Source: Octopus sinensis
Taxonomy: Eukaryota
Direction: 5' to 3'
NCBI RefSeq assembly: GCF_006345805.1
Contig: NC_043003.1
Location: forward strand, 24,862,001 to 24,926,000
DNA: 64,000 nucleotides
The translations under genes were made by a program, and so were the position numbers. Of the stretch, positions 53,044 through 63,371 are shown in pieces. Position 1 is the first letter of the stretch, and every line of letters begins with the position of its first letter. A model generated the notes under the pieces. That model ran no database searches and was not told the DNA's origin. It saw nothing but the letters and a program-made list of their open reading frames with translations.

Positions 53044-53423
53044 TCTATATATATAAAGCTAAAGTTGTCTGTGTATGGCAGGTTTGGTAGCCTTCAATTA
53101 ACACGAGACGCTGCGGCGCAAGTTGACCAAAATTGAGAGTGTGATAGAAGAAGGCTGGCTCTTCCTTCCGTAGAAAATAAAATTCAAATCGGACCCTGTT
53201 AACACCAAAAATTATTTACATCAAAAAGGTGCTTTTTTTCTATGAAAATCCCTATTTTTTACAATTTTTTGACTGCTGTGTCGACATTTTTCGATGTATT
53301 TCAACCAGAAAAATGTTTACTTAAACAGAATAACAAGCTACATGATGTAAAATTTTTACTTTTCAAAAATTCCAATTCTAAAGGGTCGAAACAAACACGA
53401 GCAACGCCGGGCGATACTGCTAG
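53044..53423 (+). mobile_element. Non-autonomous Helitron, copy 3
   Basis: A|TCTATATATATAAAGCTAAAG...GAGCAACGCCGGGCGATACTGCTAG|T. Confidence 0.92.
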
Positions 53424-53827
53424 TTTAGAATAAATTAAGACCGGCCACTTACTTGAAAGCAAGTTTGTGAAGGAAAGCATCTTGTTTTAACCATCATTCT
53501 TTAAATCCTAAGAAAGTCTTGCAGATTTTAATAGCCCTCTATATCGTAATCATTTGTAGCATATGAATTAAGGATCTGCATTCTCTGCCTAAGATCCTAA
53601 GTTCAACCATACTTTGCTCCAGACGGGTTGGTATGTATCTCGTTGCTCCGAATAACAATAGGTATGAAACTGAAAGTGAATTTTGGCTACCTGATTTGCA
53701 AACTCCTTATTAATGGTCCACAGATGTCTTCTTTCTCTTGTATTTTTCTAACTACATTGGTGTCGATAGGGCAGCGGATTTTCACAACAGCACATATTCT
53801 CTTCTTGTGGTTTCACGCAACAATGGA

Positions 53828-54212
53828 TGGAAGCACTCCGTCGGTTACGACGACGAGGGTTCCGGTTGATCCGATCAACGGAACAGCCTGCTCGTCAAAT
53901 TAACGTGTAAGTGGCTGAGCACTCCACAGACACGTGTACCCTTAACGTAGTTCTCGGGGATATTCAGCGTGACACAGAGAGTGACAAGGCCGGCCCTTTG
54001 AAATACAGGTATAACAGAAACAGGAAGTAAGAGTGAGAGAAAGTTGTGGTGAAAGAGTACAGCAGGGATCACCACCATCCCTGCTGGAGCCTCGTGGAGC
54101 TTTAGGTGTTTTCGCTCAATAAACACTCACAACGCCCGGTCTGGGAATCGAAACCGCGATCTTGCGACCGCGAGTCCGCTGCCCTAACCACTGGGTCATT
54201 GCGCCTCTTCAC
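53828..54212 (-). mobile_element. SINE family C (tail type i), full length
   Basis: Head GTGAAGAGGCGCAATGACCCAGTGGTTAGGG to tail CGACGGAGTGCTTCCA. Confidence 0.92.
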
Positions 54213-54232
54213 GCAACAATATCTGGCTGGTT

Positions 54233-54432
54233 GAGTTTTAACTTGGTGGATGTTTTAATTTTTAAGGTCCACCAATAATCCTTTGACTCATTAGTTGCAA
54301 GATGGTCAACTTAGTCTGTGGGTGGTTTCTCTTTTGTTACCATGTTTCAGACTGTTCTGGTCACTGTGTGTATGTATGTATGTATGTATGTATGTATGTA
54401 TGTATGTATGTATGTATGTATGTATGTATGTA

Positions 54433-54487
<55 letters not shown>

Positions 54488-54649
54488 TATATATATATAG
54501 ACATACATACATACATACATACATACATACATACATACATACATACATACATACATACATACATACATACATACACACAGTGACCAGAACAGTCTGAAAC
54601 ATGGTAACAAAAGAGAAACCACCCACAGACTAAGTTGACCAAGTTAAAA

Positions 54650-54652
<3 letters not shown>
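54233..54652. repeat. Long palindrome (foldback) with microsatellite centre
   Basis: 54304-54370 is the exact reverse complement of 54574-54640. Inside are (TATG)16, (TA)n and (CATA)18. Outer 15-mers 54233-54247 and 54638-54652 also pair. Confidence 0.97.
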
Positions 54653-54708
<56 letters not shown>

Positions 54709-54858
54709 GTTTTGCAAGATTCTTGGTGTGAATTCGTGTGCTGAAACATATATTGTTGTATGTGGGATGGTCATGTTGCCAGTCTAGCCAATGAAAGTAC
54801 ACGCACTATATATTTGGTGTTCACTTGCTTCAGCTTTATATTATATTAATTGTATTTC

Positions 54859-54903
54859 GGCCAGAGTTCTTTCGTCACACTTCTGTGACCTCATCAGTGG
54901 TCC
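54859..54903 (-). ncRNA. Type I hammerhead ribozyme (predicted)
   Basis: GGACCA CUGAUGA G GUCACA-GAAG-UGUGAC GAAA GAA CUC^UGGCC: intact CUGAUGA/GAAA core, perfect 6-bp stem II, stem I GGACCA/UGG-CC with one bulge, and predicted cleavage between 54864 and 54863. Confidence 0.75.
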
Positions 54904-55231
54904 TTTGCTTTCTTTCTTTTTTGTGTGTCGCTCCCTACTAACGACCTGTCATTTTGTATTCCTATTGTATGTGTCTTTATTTGCGCATGCTTATATCCCT
55001 GTGTGTGTCTATATTTAGTAAGTGTGTGGGAATGTGCCTGCATTATCAGTATCCCCTGTTTATACACGTTCGTTTAATTTACTTTTATTTATTTTATTCA
55101 TTTGTTTATATCCACTTATTTTTTCTTTTCTTTCTTTTTTTGCACTAATTTAATTTCTTTTGTTTATGTATATGGTTATTTAATTCCATTTATTTATCTT
55201 TGTATCGTATCATATTCATTCTATTATCAAT

Positions 55232-55756
55232 TTATGGGGATCTTATTCTGTCATAGGTTGTGGTGTGTTGGGGGTGTGTGCTAGTGTTCCATTCTAGTTT
55301 TCTATTCAGGCTAGGCTTATCTTCTATTATGTGTGTAGCTTCCGTAATTTGTCTAAGCGCTGCGTCTGTTCTATGTGTGGACAAGATTTTAACTTCTATA
55401 TTATTGAGTAAGCCCCCGTGTTCTTGCTCAGCGTGCTGGTGCAGAACCGATGAGCTCTTCTCTTCCTTAAGTTCCCTCCAATGCCCATTTACCCGCTCTC
55501 CTATGCTCCGTGCTGTCTCCCCTACGTATGTCGTTGTCTTGTTACTGCACCGTCCCTCTGTACATCTTATGCTATAGACTACATTCCTAGCTTTACAGTT
55601 TCTTTGTGGGCTAAATCTACATACAATACAGTTCCTATCAGCACAGGGGCTTCTACTAAAAGGGTAGGTTCTACCGATAAGGGATTTGATAGGGTTACCT
55701 AGCCTTTCTACAACCTTAATTCTTAGTTTAAGTTTGTCTAAGGCCCTTCTATAGCT
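55232..55756 (-). CDS. GIY-YIG endonuclease domain of a Penelope-like element (open frame, no Met, frameshifted upstream)
   Basis: Hand-translated and stop-free for 174 codons: ...IKVVERLG...PCADRNCIVC...NCKARNVVYSIRC..RC...YVGETARSIGERVNGH...SSVLHQHAEQEH...VKILST...RQITEATHI...PSLNRKLEW...*. Confidence 0.9.
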   Translation of the reverse strand, partial: SYRRALDKLKLRIKVVERLGNPIKSLIGRTYPFSRSPCADRNCIVCRFSPQRNCKARNVVYSIRCTEGRCSNKTTTYVGETARSIGERVNGHWRELKEEKSSSVLHQHAEQEHGGLLNNIEVKILSTHRTDAALRQITEATHIIEDKPSLNRKLEWNTSTHPQHTTTYDRIRSP

Positions 55757-55919
55757 TTAGACAAACTCTAGGCAAACTTAAGCCGTTTTAAGAGTTACAT
55801 ACTTTGTATTGTTGCTTTTGGATTAGCGAAACAATTATGAGAACGGAACCAAGGGATAAGCCCCGCTTTCCGGGAATTACCGGGTACGTCAGCTAGTATA
55901 TATATATATATATAATATA

Positions 55920-55958
<39 letters not shown>

Positions 55959-55959
55959 T

Positions 55960-55994
<35 letters not shown>

Positions 55995-56079
55995 CATATA
56001 TAAATATATAATATATATACATATATAGAGAGAGAGAGAAAGAGAGAGAGAGGGAGAGAGAGGGAAGAGAGAGAGAGAT

Positions 56080-56236
56080 GATGGGTTTCCACACAGTTTC
56101 CATCTACCAAATTTATGCACAAGGCTTTGTTCGGCTCGGCGTCATAGTAGAAAATGCTTGCCCAAGGTGCCCGTTGTGAGACTGAATCCAAAACTACGTG
56201 ATTGCAAAATGCGTTTCTTAATCACACAGCCATGCC
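56080..56236 (-). mobile_element. SINE family B head, degenerate
   Basis: ...CTACCAAATTTATGCACAAGGCTTTG...CCCAAGGTGCC...CACACAGCCATGCC. Confidence 0.75.
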
Positions 56237-56526
56237 CCTTTATTAATTATTTTGCTTTTCTGTGATAATATTCTATAGGAGATTAAGCAAATCTTGGAAC
56301 TGTCTTTGGAAGACTTATCAGTGCTAAATCCACCACGCGCCATAAAAAAGTATTAGGAAATTTCATTTTAATCATGATCTTGTTTGGACCAAAATCTCCT
56401 CCGATATCCTACAAAGAAGTTGCATTCTCTCTAGCGAACGAAACTCACATGAACTGTACAGGGATCTCTTCTGCTTGGTTGCTACTTTTTAATTTCTTCA
56501 ATTTCTGTTCCAACTGATTTCATATT

Positions 56527-57447
56527 AGGTGTAATGATGTAGTTTTGTATGCTAATCTGTGATATGAAATTCATTTTCGCCATAAATCAATAAATAAAGT
56601 TTGCAAAATTTGGGTGATTTTAACCAACCGAAAGCCACTGACATATAGGTGCTTGTTTCCATAGTAACAAACCAATCTCTTACCAAGTTACTTCTCACGC
56701 GGTCATTTTTGGCTTATTAAATGGTTGTCGTGCAATGTGCTAAAAATAATAGCTAAATAGGCCTTAAATCAAGCACCAAATTTTCTTTTGTTTTGGTTTT
56801 TGCATAACCGCATGAATTCTCGGGTGTAGAATACGAATGTTATGAGGGGTTATATTCTGTGCTGAAAGCAGAATTCTGCCAGGATCTTTTAATTTCAGAA
56901 ATTAAAGCTTATTGAAAATTTTAAGATGTGGTACACTAATGTAGTTTTCCGAGCTGAATAGTCGGAGTAATTTCACTTTTTCCATTTGTTTTTTTTTGTT
57001 TTTTTTAAGTTATAGAGGTTTAAAGTTTGATCATTTTCACCCAGTCAGGAAACAGGATTTGGAAGCTGTCATTTTGTGCGTGACAGCACATTTTGCCAAA
57101 CATTCTGAAAATAGCACGCGTTGTCAATATGTATTCTATGCGTGGAAAATGAGCAAACAACACGTCTTTTGCAGTTTTAAGCATTCAATTTGCATTTAAT
57201 GCGATAAACAGCACATTGTAAATTAAATATAAAAAAAAACAAAACATTTAAGCATTCGATATACATTTCGGTGGGTAAAACAGTAGAACACAACGTGAAC
57301 AAGTGGCTTCAATGTATTTGTCAGCACGTGCTTTCTCGCAGACAAAAGAGTTCTCATGTTCAGCTTGTTACTATGGAAACAGGCATGAATGTGTCTGTGG
57401 CGTACGATTGGTTAAAATTACCCAAAATTTTCAAACTTTAATAGCTC
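56527..57447. mobile_element. DNA transposon/MITE-like element with long inverted arms
   Basis: 56597-56670 and 57365-57439 are inverted copies. The left terminus also matches 37790-37882 in reverse, and the right arm is cut by a SINE B tail. Confidence 0.65.
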
Positions 57448-57585
57448 TTTTACTCTTTTACTGGTTTCAGTCATTTGACTGCGGCCATACTGGAGCACCA
57501 CCTTTAGTCGAGCAAATCGACCCCAGGACTTATTCTTTGGAAGCCTAGTACTTATTCTATCGGTCTCTTTTGCCGAACCGCTATC
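57445..57585 (-). mobile_element. SINE family B, 3' tail only
   Basis: CTCTTTTACTCTTTTACTGGTTTCAGTCATTTGACTGCGG...GCCGAACCGCTA. Confidence 0.85.
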
Positions 57586-57985
57586 AGCATTTATATTTGC
57601 ATCGCTAAATTTCCATAAGAGCAACCAACATTGTGGAGGCGCAATGTCCCAGTGGTTAGGGCAGCAGTTAGAGTTAATTCTCAGTGGAACAGTGCGGTGT
57701 CAGTACCAAAATAAGCGTAAGGGAATGGAGTGGAGGTGGAGGGATAGGTAGGGAAAGGGCAGTCCCTTTCCTTTCAGTTAACGAGAGGGCTTATAGATTT
57801 TAACCCACTTATATATACAATTTTTCATCCTATCCTCAGCCTCATTGACCTTAGCGTACCATAGACTATCTAAAATCTGTTTCCCGTCACTGAAATTCAA
57901 AACCAGTGACCCACCGGCGATAGCCCGGCAAACCATGATTTGGTTTACTGCGACCCATTCTTTTGTTATTATTGTCAACATGCTT

Positions 57986-57986
<1 letters not shown>

Positions 57987-58034
<48 letters not shown>

Positions 58035-58041
58035 GCTACTG

Positions 58042-58099
<58 letters not shown>

Positions 58100-58100
58100 A
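57987..58100. repeat. (CTG)n(CTA)n microsatellite
   Basis: Seen directly. Confidence 0.95.
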
Positions 58101-58362
58101 TACCGTATGAATATATAAGACTAATAGGCCACTGTAGTTCTTTTTGTAAAATAGAATACTTATAAGTTGCTAATATTATACAAAAAGAACACAGTTTCAG
58201 CAACGCCCAAAAATCACAATATTCTTAATACAAATTCCCCAAATGCCGATTTGGTTTATAATTCTTAGGTCGGTGTAACGTTAGCAGTTGGAAATAGCGA
58301 AATGTGTCATATAAATATATAGGTTTGTTTTTATTTGTCAATGAGTGGATTTAGCATAATAC

Positions 58363-59528
58363 TGTTACGGTTGGCTAGGTGCATTTCTGGTGACCCACAT
58401 AGGAATAATGGCACCATGATGTCTGGTGAAATGTGACGGGTTCTTTGTCTAATGGAGGACTGATGGGTTTTGGAATGACCTGAGACCTCGTGTGGTTGAT
58501 AAGAGGGTCAGTGAGAATGTGAAAGAGGAAGACAGATTAAGGGAATCTAAGAGCAGATGGAGAGGGTATTGACAGTAAGAAGAAAAGGGACAGATTAAGG
58601 GCTGAGAGCAAATAGAGATAGGGTATAAGCAGTAGGGACGGATGGAGAGGCTAAGAGACAGCAGGCGATATAGATAGAGTAAGGAATCAGATAGCAAATA
58701 GAAAGGCTAAGAGACAGCAGGCGATATAGATAGGGTATAAGGACCAGGGCAGTTAGAAAGGGTAAGAGCGATATAGACAGAGGGAGATGAGGGGAGTGGA
58801 AGAAGGACAGAGACGAAGTGAGGTCTGGTAGTTCGCAGTTGGTCGTCAAGAAGGGCAGTCGCTGGCCGGTCCTCGAAGAAGACAGACGGACCTTGGATTT
58901 AAGGAGCAAGCGTTGGAATTCTTAGGAGCAAGTTGGATGCGAGAAAGCTTGGCGGCACAGAAGGGAATTAGCAGTATTCAGAGGAATTAGCAGTATTGAG
59001 AGGAATGGGACACTGGCAGATTCAATTAGGAATTGAGGTATGTGTTTGTGCATTGATATGTGTCACGGTGTATTGAACAGTGTGAAAAGAACAGTCAAGG
59101 ACTCTGTCGATGTGGTCGATAAAGGACATTGTGAAGAAGAAGAGTAAAGGACTTGTTGATTGTGATGTTTAGGAAGAGACTTTAAAGAACTGTTGTCTTG
59201 GGACGTGTACTCTTGAATTGTTACATGATGTTGTATTATGCTTTGAGTTGTACTCTTGAAATGCTGTTGTATTATGTATTGAGTAGTCACGTGCATGCTT
59301 TGATGTATCTTGATGTTGTAACAATTGTAATTGTCGTATAAACTGTTGTTTGAATATAAGCCAGTGTTGCCAGTTGTTGCCTTGCCTCTTTGGGTTGTAT
59401 CTCGGGTTGTGCCTCTGTATCTCTGTGCTGAGGTTGTTGTTGTTGTGTCTCTCCTCTCCTCCTCTCTTTGGGTTCCGTGACGAACTAGTGGGCCGTTCGG
59501 GCGAGCGACGACGGGGGATTCCGTAACA
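58363..59528 (+). mobile_element. Solo LTR (1166 bp), probably Gypsy-type
   Basis: Starts TGTTACGG and ends CCGTAACA (perfect 8-bp IR, TG..CA). 4-bp TSD ATAC at 58359-58362 and 59529-59532. No PBS or internal ORF follows. Orientation is inferred. Confidence 0.82.
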
Positions 59529-60200
59529 ATACATTAATACACAGCTGAATTCAATATTTTAGCAATTCTTCAATAACATAAAAAGCAACAAGTATTGCTT
59601 CAATTCTTCTGGAAATTTTGCCATGACACACATTACCATTGACTAACAGCATTTATATTTGTATCTTATACTGTTTAGCAGGATTCGGTCTTTTAGGATA
59701 GCTGGCAAACCGGAGTAGAGCTTTAAAGGGATTTTTTGTCGATTGCTACGATTCCAGTACAATCTAATGGTATTTATTTTATCGAAATCATAAAGTAAGA
59801 CGGCAAAAATCAACCAACGCAAATTTTTTGTATCAACAGAAAAAACCTGGTATCCGTCACTGAATATATGATATATTGATATATTGATTCTAAAATTAAT
59901 ATCCTTATAACTTTCATAAATATCTGTTTATATATTATATTATATTCTATATTTTATATACTATCTATTGTGAATAACAGAATACATCTAATATTAATAA
60001 TAATAATATTTTTAATAACTGAATATTATACATGCTTATGGATGTAGATGTGTATATATATTTCAGTATATATAAGTATTTATGTATAACTATATATGTA
60101 TGTATATTTATAGGGAGAGTTTACGAAAAAAACAAAAGACGAAGACAGGTAGTGTACAAAACTAACAGATGTATTAGTATAACGCTCAGGAATAGAAAAA

Positions 60201-60240
60201 GTCTTTTACGTTTCGAGCCTACGCTCTTCTACAGAAAGGG
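60201..60240 (-). ncRNA. Second copy of the A6U minimal hammerhead-like motif
   Basis: CUUU CUGUAGA A GAGC-GUAG-GCUC GAAA CGUA^AAAGAC, within repeat 60113-60330. Confidence 0.5.
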
Positions 60241-60754
60241 ACACAGAAAAAACAAGGAGTGAAAAAAATGTGTGTAGTGGCTAACGATTTATCATGGCGT
60301 CTGACTCGGACAGAAGGGTCACACAATGTATATTTATATCTATATATATATTCAAATGTGTGTGTATTTTGTTTATTTTATATTTATATTTATTATTATG
60401 ACTTAACATTTGTACTTTATAATCTCTGACGGAGCCTAGAGATATATACAAGTACCTCATGTTCATCTACCTATTACCTCAATCCACTTGAGTAATATAG
60501 GTAGAATGAGGTATTTTTATCTATTGGCTGAAACAGCTGTAACTTATTTTACCACTTTATATTCATGTTTTTTATAATGATTACTGCTTATATATTACTA
60601 CATTTTATATCTTATATGTAAAGAATTATATGCTATATGTAAGTTATTATAATTATCAGTTTAATAAATAAATAAGTTAACATTTTAATGTCCAAAAGGT
60701 GATGAACCACCTATTGTTCTCTTCCATTTTCTTATTTACTATATATATATATAT

Positions 60755-60915
60755 ATAACAAAGGTAGAACAGAAAGAACATAACAAACGAAAACCATCAA
60801 AATGCAACATGCGGAAAAATGGACGATATCACGACAAACGTCAATCAGGACAAAAACAAGATACACGGATCATTCGCAGCCGATAAACTCTTAATTAAAA
60901 ACGAGGGCAGCGAAG
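60755..60915 (-). mobile_element. Second copy of the 26630-26960 repeat family
   Basis: Reverse complement contains GGCTGCGAATGATCCGTGTATC and abuts (TA)n. Confidence 0.55.
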
Positions 60916-62873
60916 GATAGGACCTATAAAGAACCCACAAAATCCCTCGTGGATTTTTAGACCATGTCTCTTTACTTTCAGTATTCAATTCCAGCCGGTG
61001 TCTATCTTTGCTTGTCATCCTATTCGACTTCATTGTTGTAATTTTTACCGATGCAGACGTTTCCTCGGACTCCGTTACCTTTTACTTTACGTCACTGTAA
61101 ACGTCATCGGGAATGGACCTGCGACGAGGCGGTCAAATCGCAATGTTTACTAAATGTTTACCGTGAGGGTCTGAAACTTTTAAGCTCTGGTAAAGGAAGA
61201 TGAATCATGTAGACACAAAATTCTATTAATATTTTGCATTCTCATCAACAGAAGTGAATGGGTGAATAATTTCCTTAATATTTTGGTGGCGGAAGTGTAG
61301 TTGGTATTTCTCAGGGTAAGGACTGCCTTAAATAACAAACAATATACGTGCTTATGACGGTGCCATTACATGGTTACTCAAAGGGCTAGAAACACCAGCC
61401 AAATCTCCCTTAATCTCTTCAAAACAGGAATGACACGCTGGATATAATCAGTCAATCCTAGATCGGTGATAATGAAAATTTTAATTCCTTTAATTAATAA
61501 TAATCCTGTTATCTGAGTGTCAATAACATGCTTACGTGTATTGTAGTTTTTAAGTAAATAATTATAGATAAGCAATCTCATGATGAGTTGCTAATTCTTT
61601 TAATTCATGTTCTGTAATATTATAAAGTGCTGTGTCATCAGATGATATTTTCATCTATATTGTTAAACTACAAGATTTACAGTGCGAATTTCTTTCTGGT
61701 AGCTGCCAAGTCCCCATAAAATGACGCCCTGCCTTTTTTAAAAAAGAGACACGTTGTATAATGCAGCTGCAGATATCTCTTTAGCCTTGCCACAACTTCG
61801 TGACATACGGTCAGATCAGTAGATCTGACAACAGCCAATTTTTCCCCAAAAGCGAGAAGCACGCACGCACACAGTAGAACTGATTGCAGTGTGAGACTGG
61901 TACTATTTTTAACGACCTCGAATGGATGAAAAGCAAAGCTGATCTTGGTGATATTTGAACTCAGACAGACGGAACAAATACCGAAAAGCAATCCATCCAG
62001 GCTTTCTAGCGCCCGGGCCAATTTGTTGCCTATCGTCCTTAAACTATATTAGGAAAATCTTTACCTAAAGATCTGATCGTTTGAGACGACTGCGGATACT
62101 TAGTAACAACATATATAGAAGCTGTTAAAGAACGGCTGTTTGGTTGTCGGATGAAAAACGATGACTTGATCTAGCAGCTGTGAACAAGCGGTTCAAAATT
62201 TCAAGTACTGCTGAAGCTATCTCAACCTGACTTGATACAGATAGGAAGGTAGGCCTTTGAGAAGTTGATCTATCTTCACAGGTGACTTAGGAAATCCTCG
62301 TTAAAGAATTCACAAACGAGCAACGTGAAAGCTGCTATCTGGTCTTTAGGTCTGTTAGAAATTGCAGCCAAATCTCCCCCAAATCAGATTTTACAGTCTT
62401 AAAAATATAAGGACACCTTAGATTATGTTAATGTAACCTTTAAAACGGAAAGACGGTTAGGTACAGTTGGAAGACCCTTGATTATAGATTTTCTCGTTGA
62501 AGAATGACTGCAATAAACAACTGCCACCCAAATAAAATCACACTGACCCAATTAGAAATAGCAAAATCTCTTTCAAATTACAACCCTACTGTTTAAAATC
62601 AATAGTGTAGCGTACAAAACTATAGCTAGCCGGATTTTACTCGCGAACAGTTTTAGATGCCGGTGGATTCGTGAGCGAACATTGGCATTCCCTCGTATAC
62701 TTACCTCACTAATTCAGCGAAACATTCAGGTGGGGCAGGTGGAGGATGAGAGATGACGAGCGAGTTACACCAGCACTCTGGTGAGCAGACTGGAGCTGCG
62801 TGAAATAGGGTACTTTGTTTCAACGACGCAATACATCATCTGGTCAAGAATTCGAACTCAAGATCTCATAATA

Positions 62874-63106
62874 TATTTCTTTATTGCCCACAAGGAGCTA
62901 AACATAGAGGGGACAAACAAAGACAGACAAAGGGATTAAGTCAACTACATCGACCCCAGTGCGCAACTGGTACTTTATTTATCGACCCCGAAAGGATGAA
63001 AGGCAAAGTCGACCTCGGCGGTGTTTGAACCTAGAACGTAACGACAGACGAAATACTGCTGAGCATTTCGCCCGGCGTGCTAACGATTCTGCCAGCTCGC
63101 CGCCTT
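62874..63106 (-). mobile_element. SINE family A with 14-bp TSD, nested in a degenerate family D-like SINE (~62740-63155)
   Basis: TSD AAGATCTCATAATA at 62860-62873 and 63107-63120. Confidence 0.93.
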
Positions 63107-63272
63107 AAGATCTCATAATAGCGAACCAAACACCCAAACCTCGAAAGCATGCACCTTCACTCAGTGGATTACGTAATCTAGGAGAAATAACTTGGGCGGG
63201 ACGATCATGGCTGGAAAGTCAGTGTCTAAAGTCTACTCGATCAGAGACGAGGCCTGAAGATAACTAGGTCCT

Positions 63273-63371
63273 ACTTTAGCGCGCGGTCTACAGTTGTATT
63301 CGACGTCTACGCTGTGAAACGGCCCGGGACTGGATAATGGTTAGGGTTAGGGTTAAATTGCGCGCTAAAGT
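63273..63371. repeat. Short IR-flanked telomere-like repeat
   Basis: ACTTTAGCGCGC (63273-63284) and GCGCGCTAAAGT (63360-63371) form a perfect 12-bp IR enclosing GGTTAGGGTTAGGGTTA. Confidence 0.7.

Larger units (their letters stand above)
54707..55896 (-). mobile_element. Penelope-like retroelement 3' fragment (C-terminal GIY-YIG, 3' region with hammerhead)
   Basis: GIY-YIG ORF at 55756-55232, a hammerhead at 54903-54859 in the same orientation, and (TA)n on both sides. Confidence 0.88.

Noticed and set aside
54295-54720. TTGCAAGAT direct repeat (54295-54303, 54712-54720) as TSD of the palindrome
   Set aside because: The second copy lies inside the Penelope-like sequence and arm homology extends beyond the first, so it does not cleanly bound an insertion. 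Not excluded.
61050-61115. GAAACGUC motif with CCGATG/CATCGG pairing on minus
   Set aside because: No CUGANGA core, so just a hairpin.
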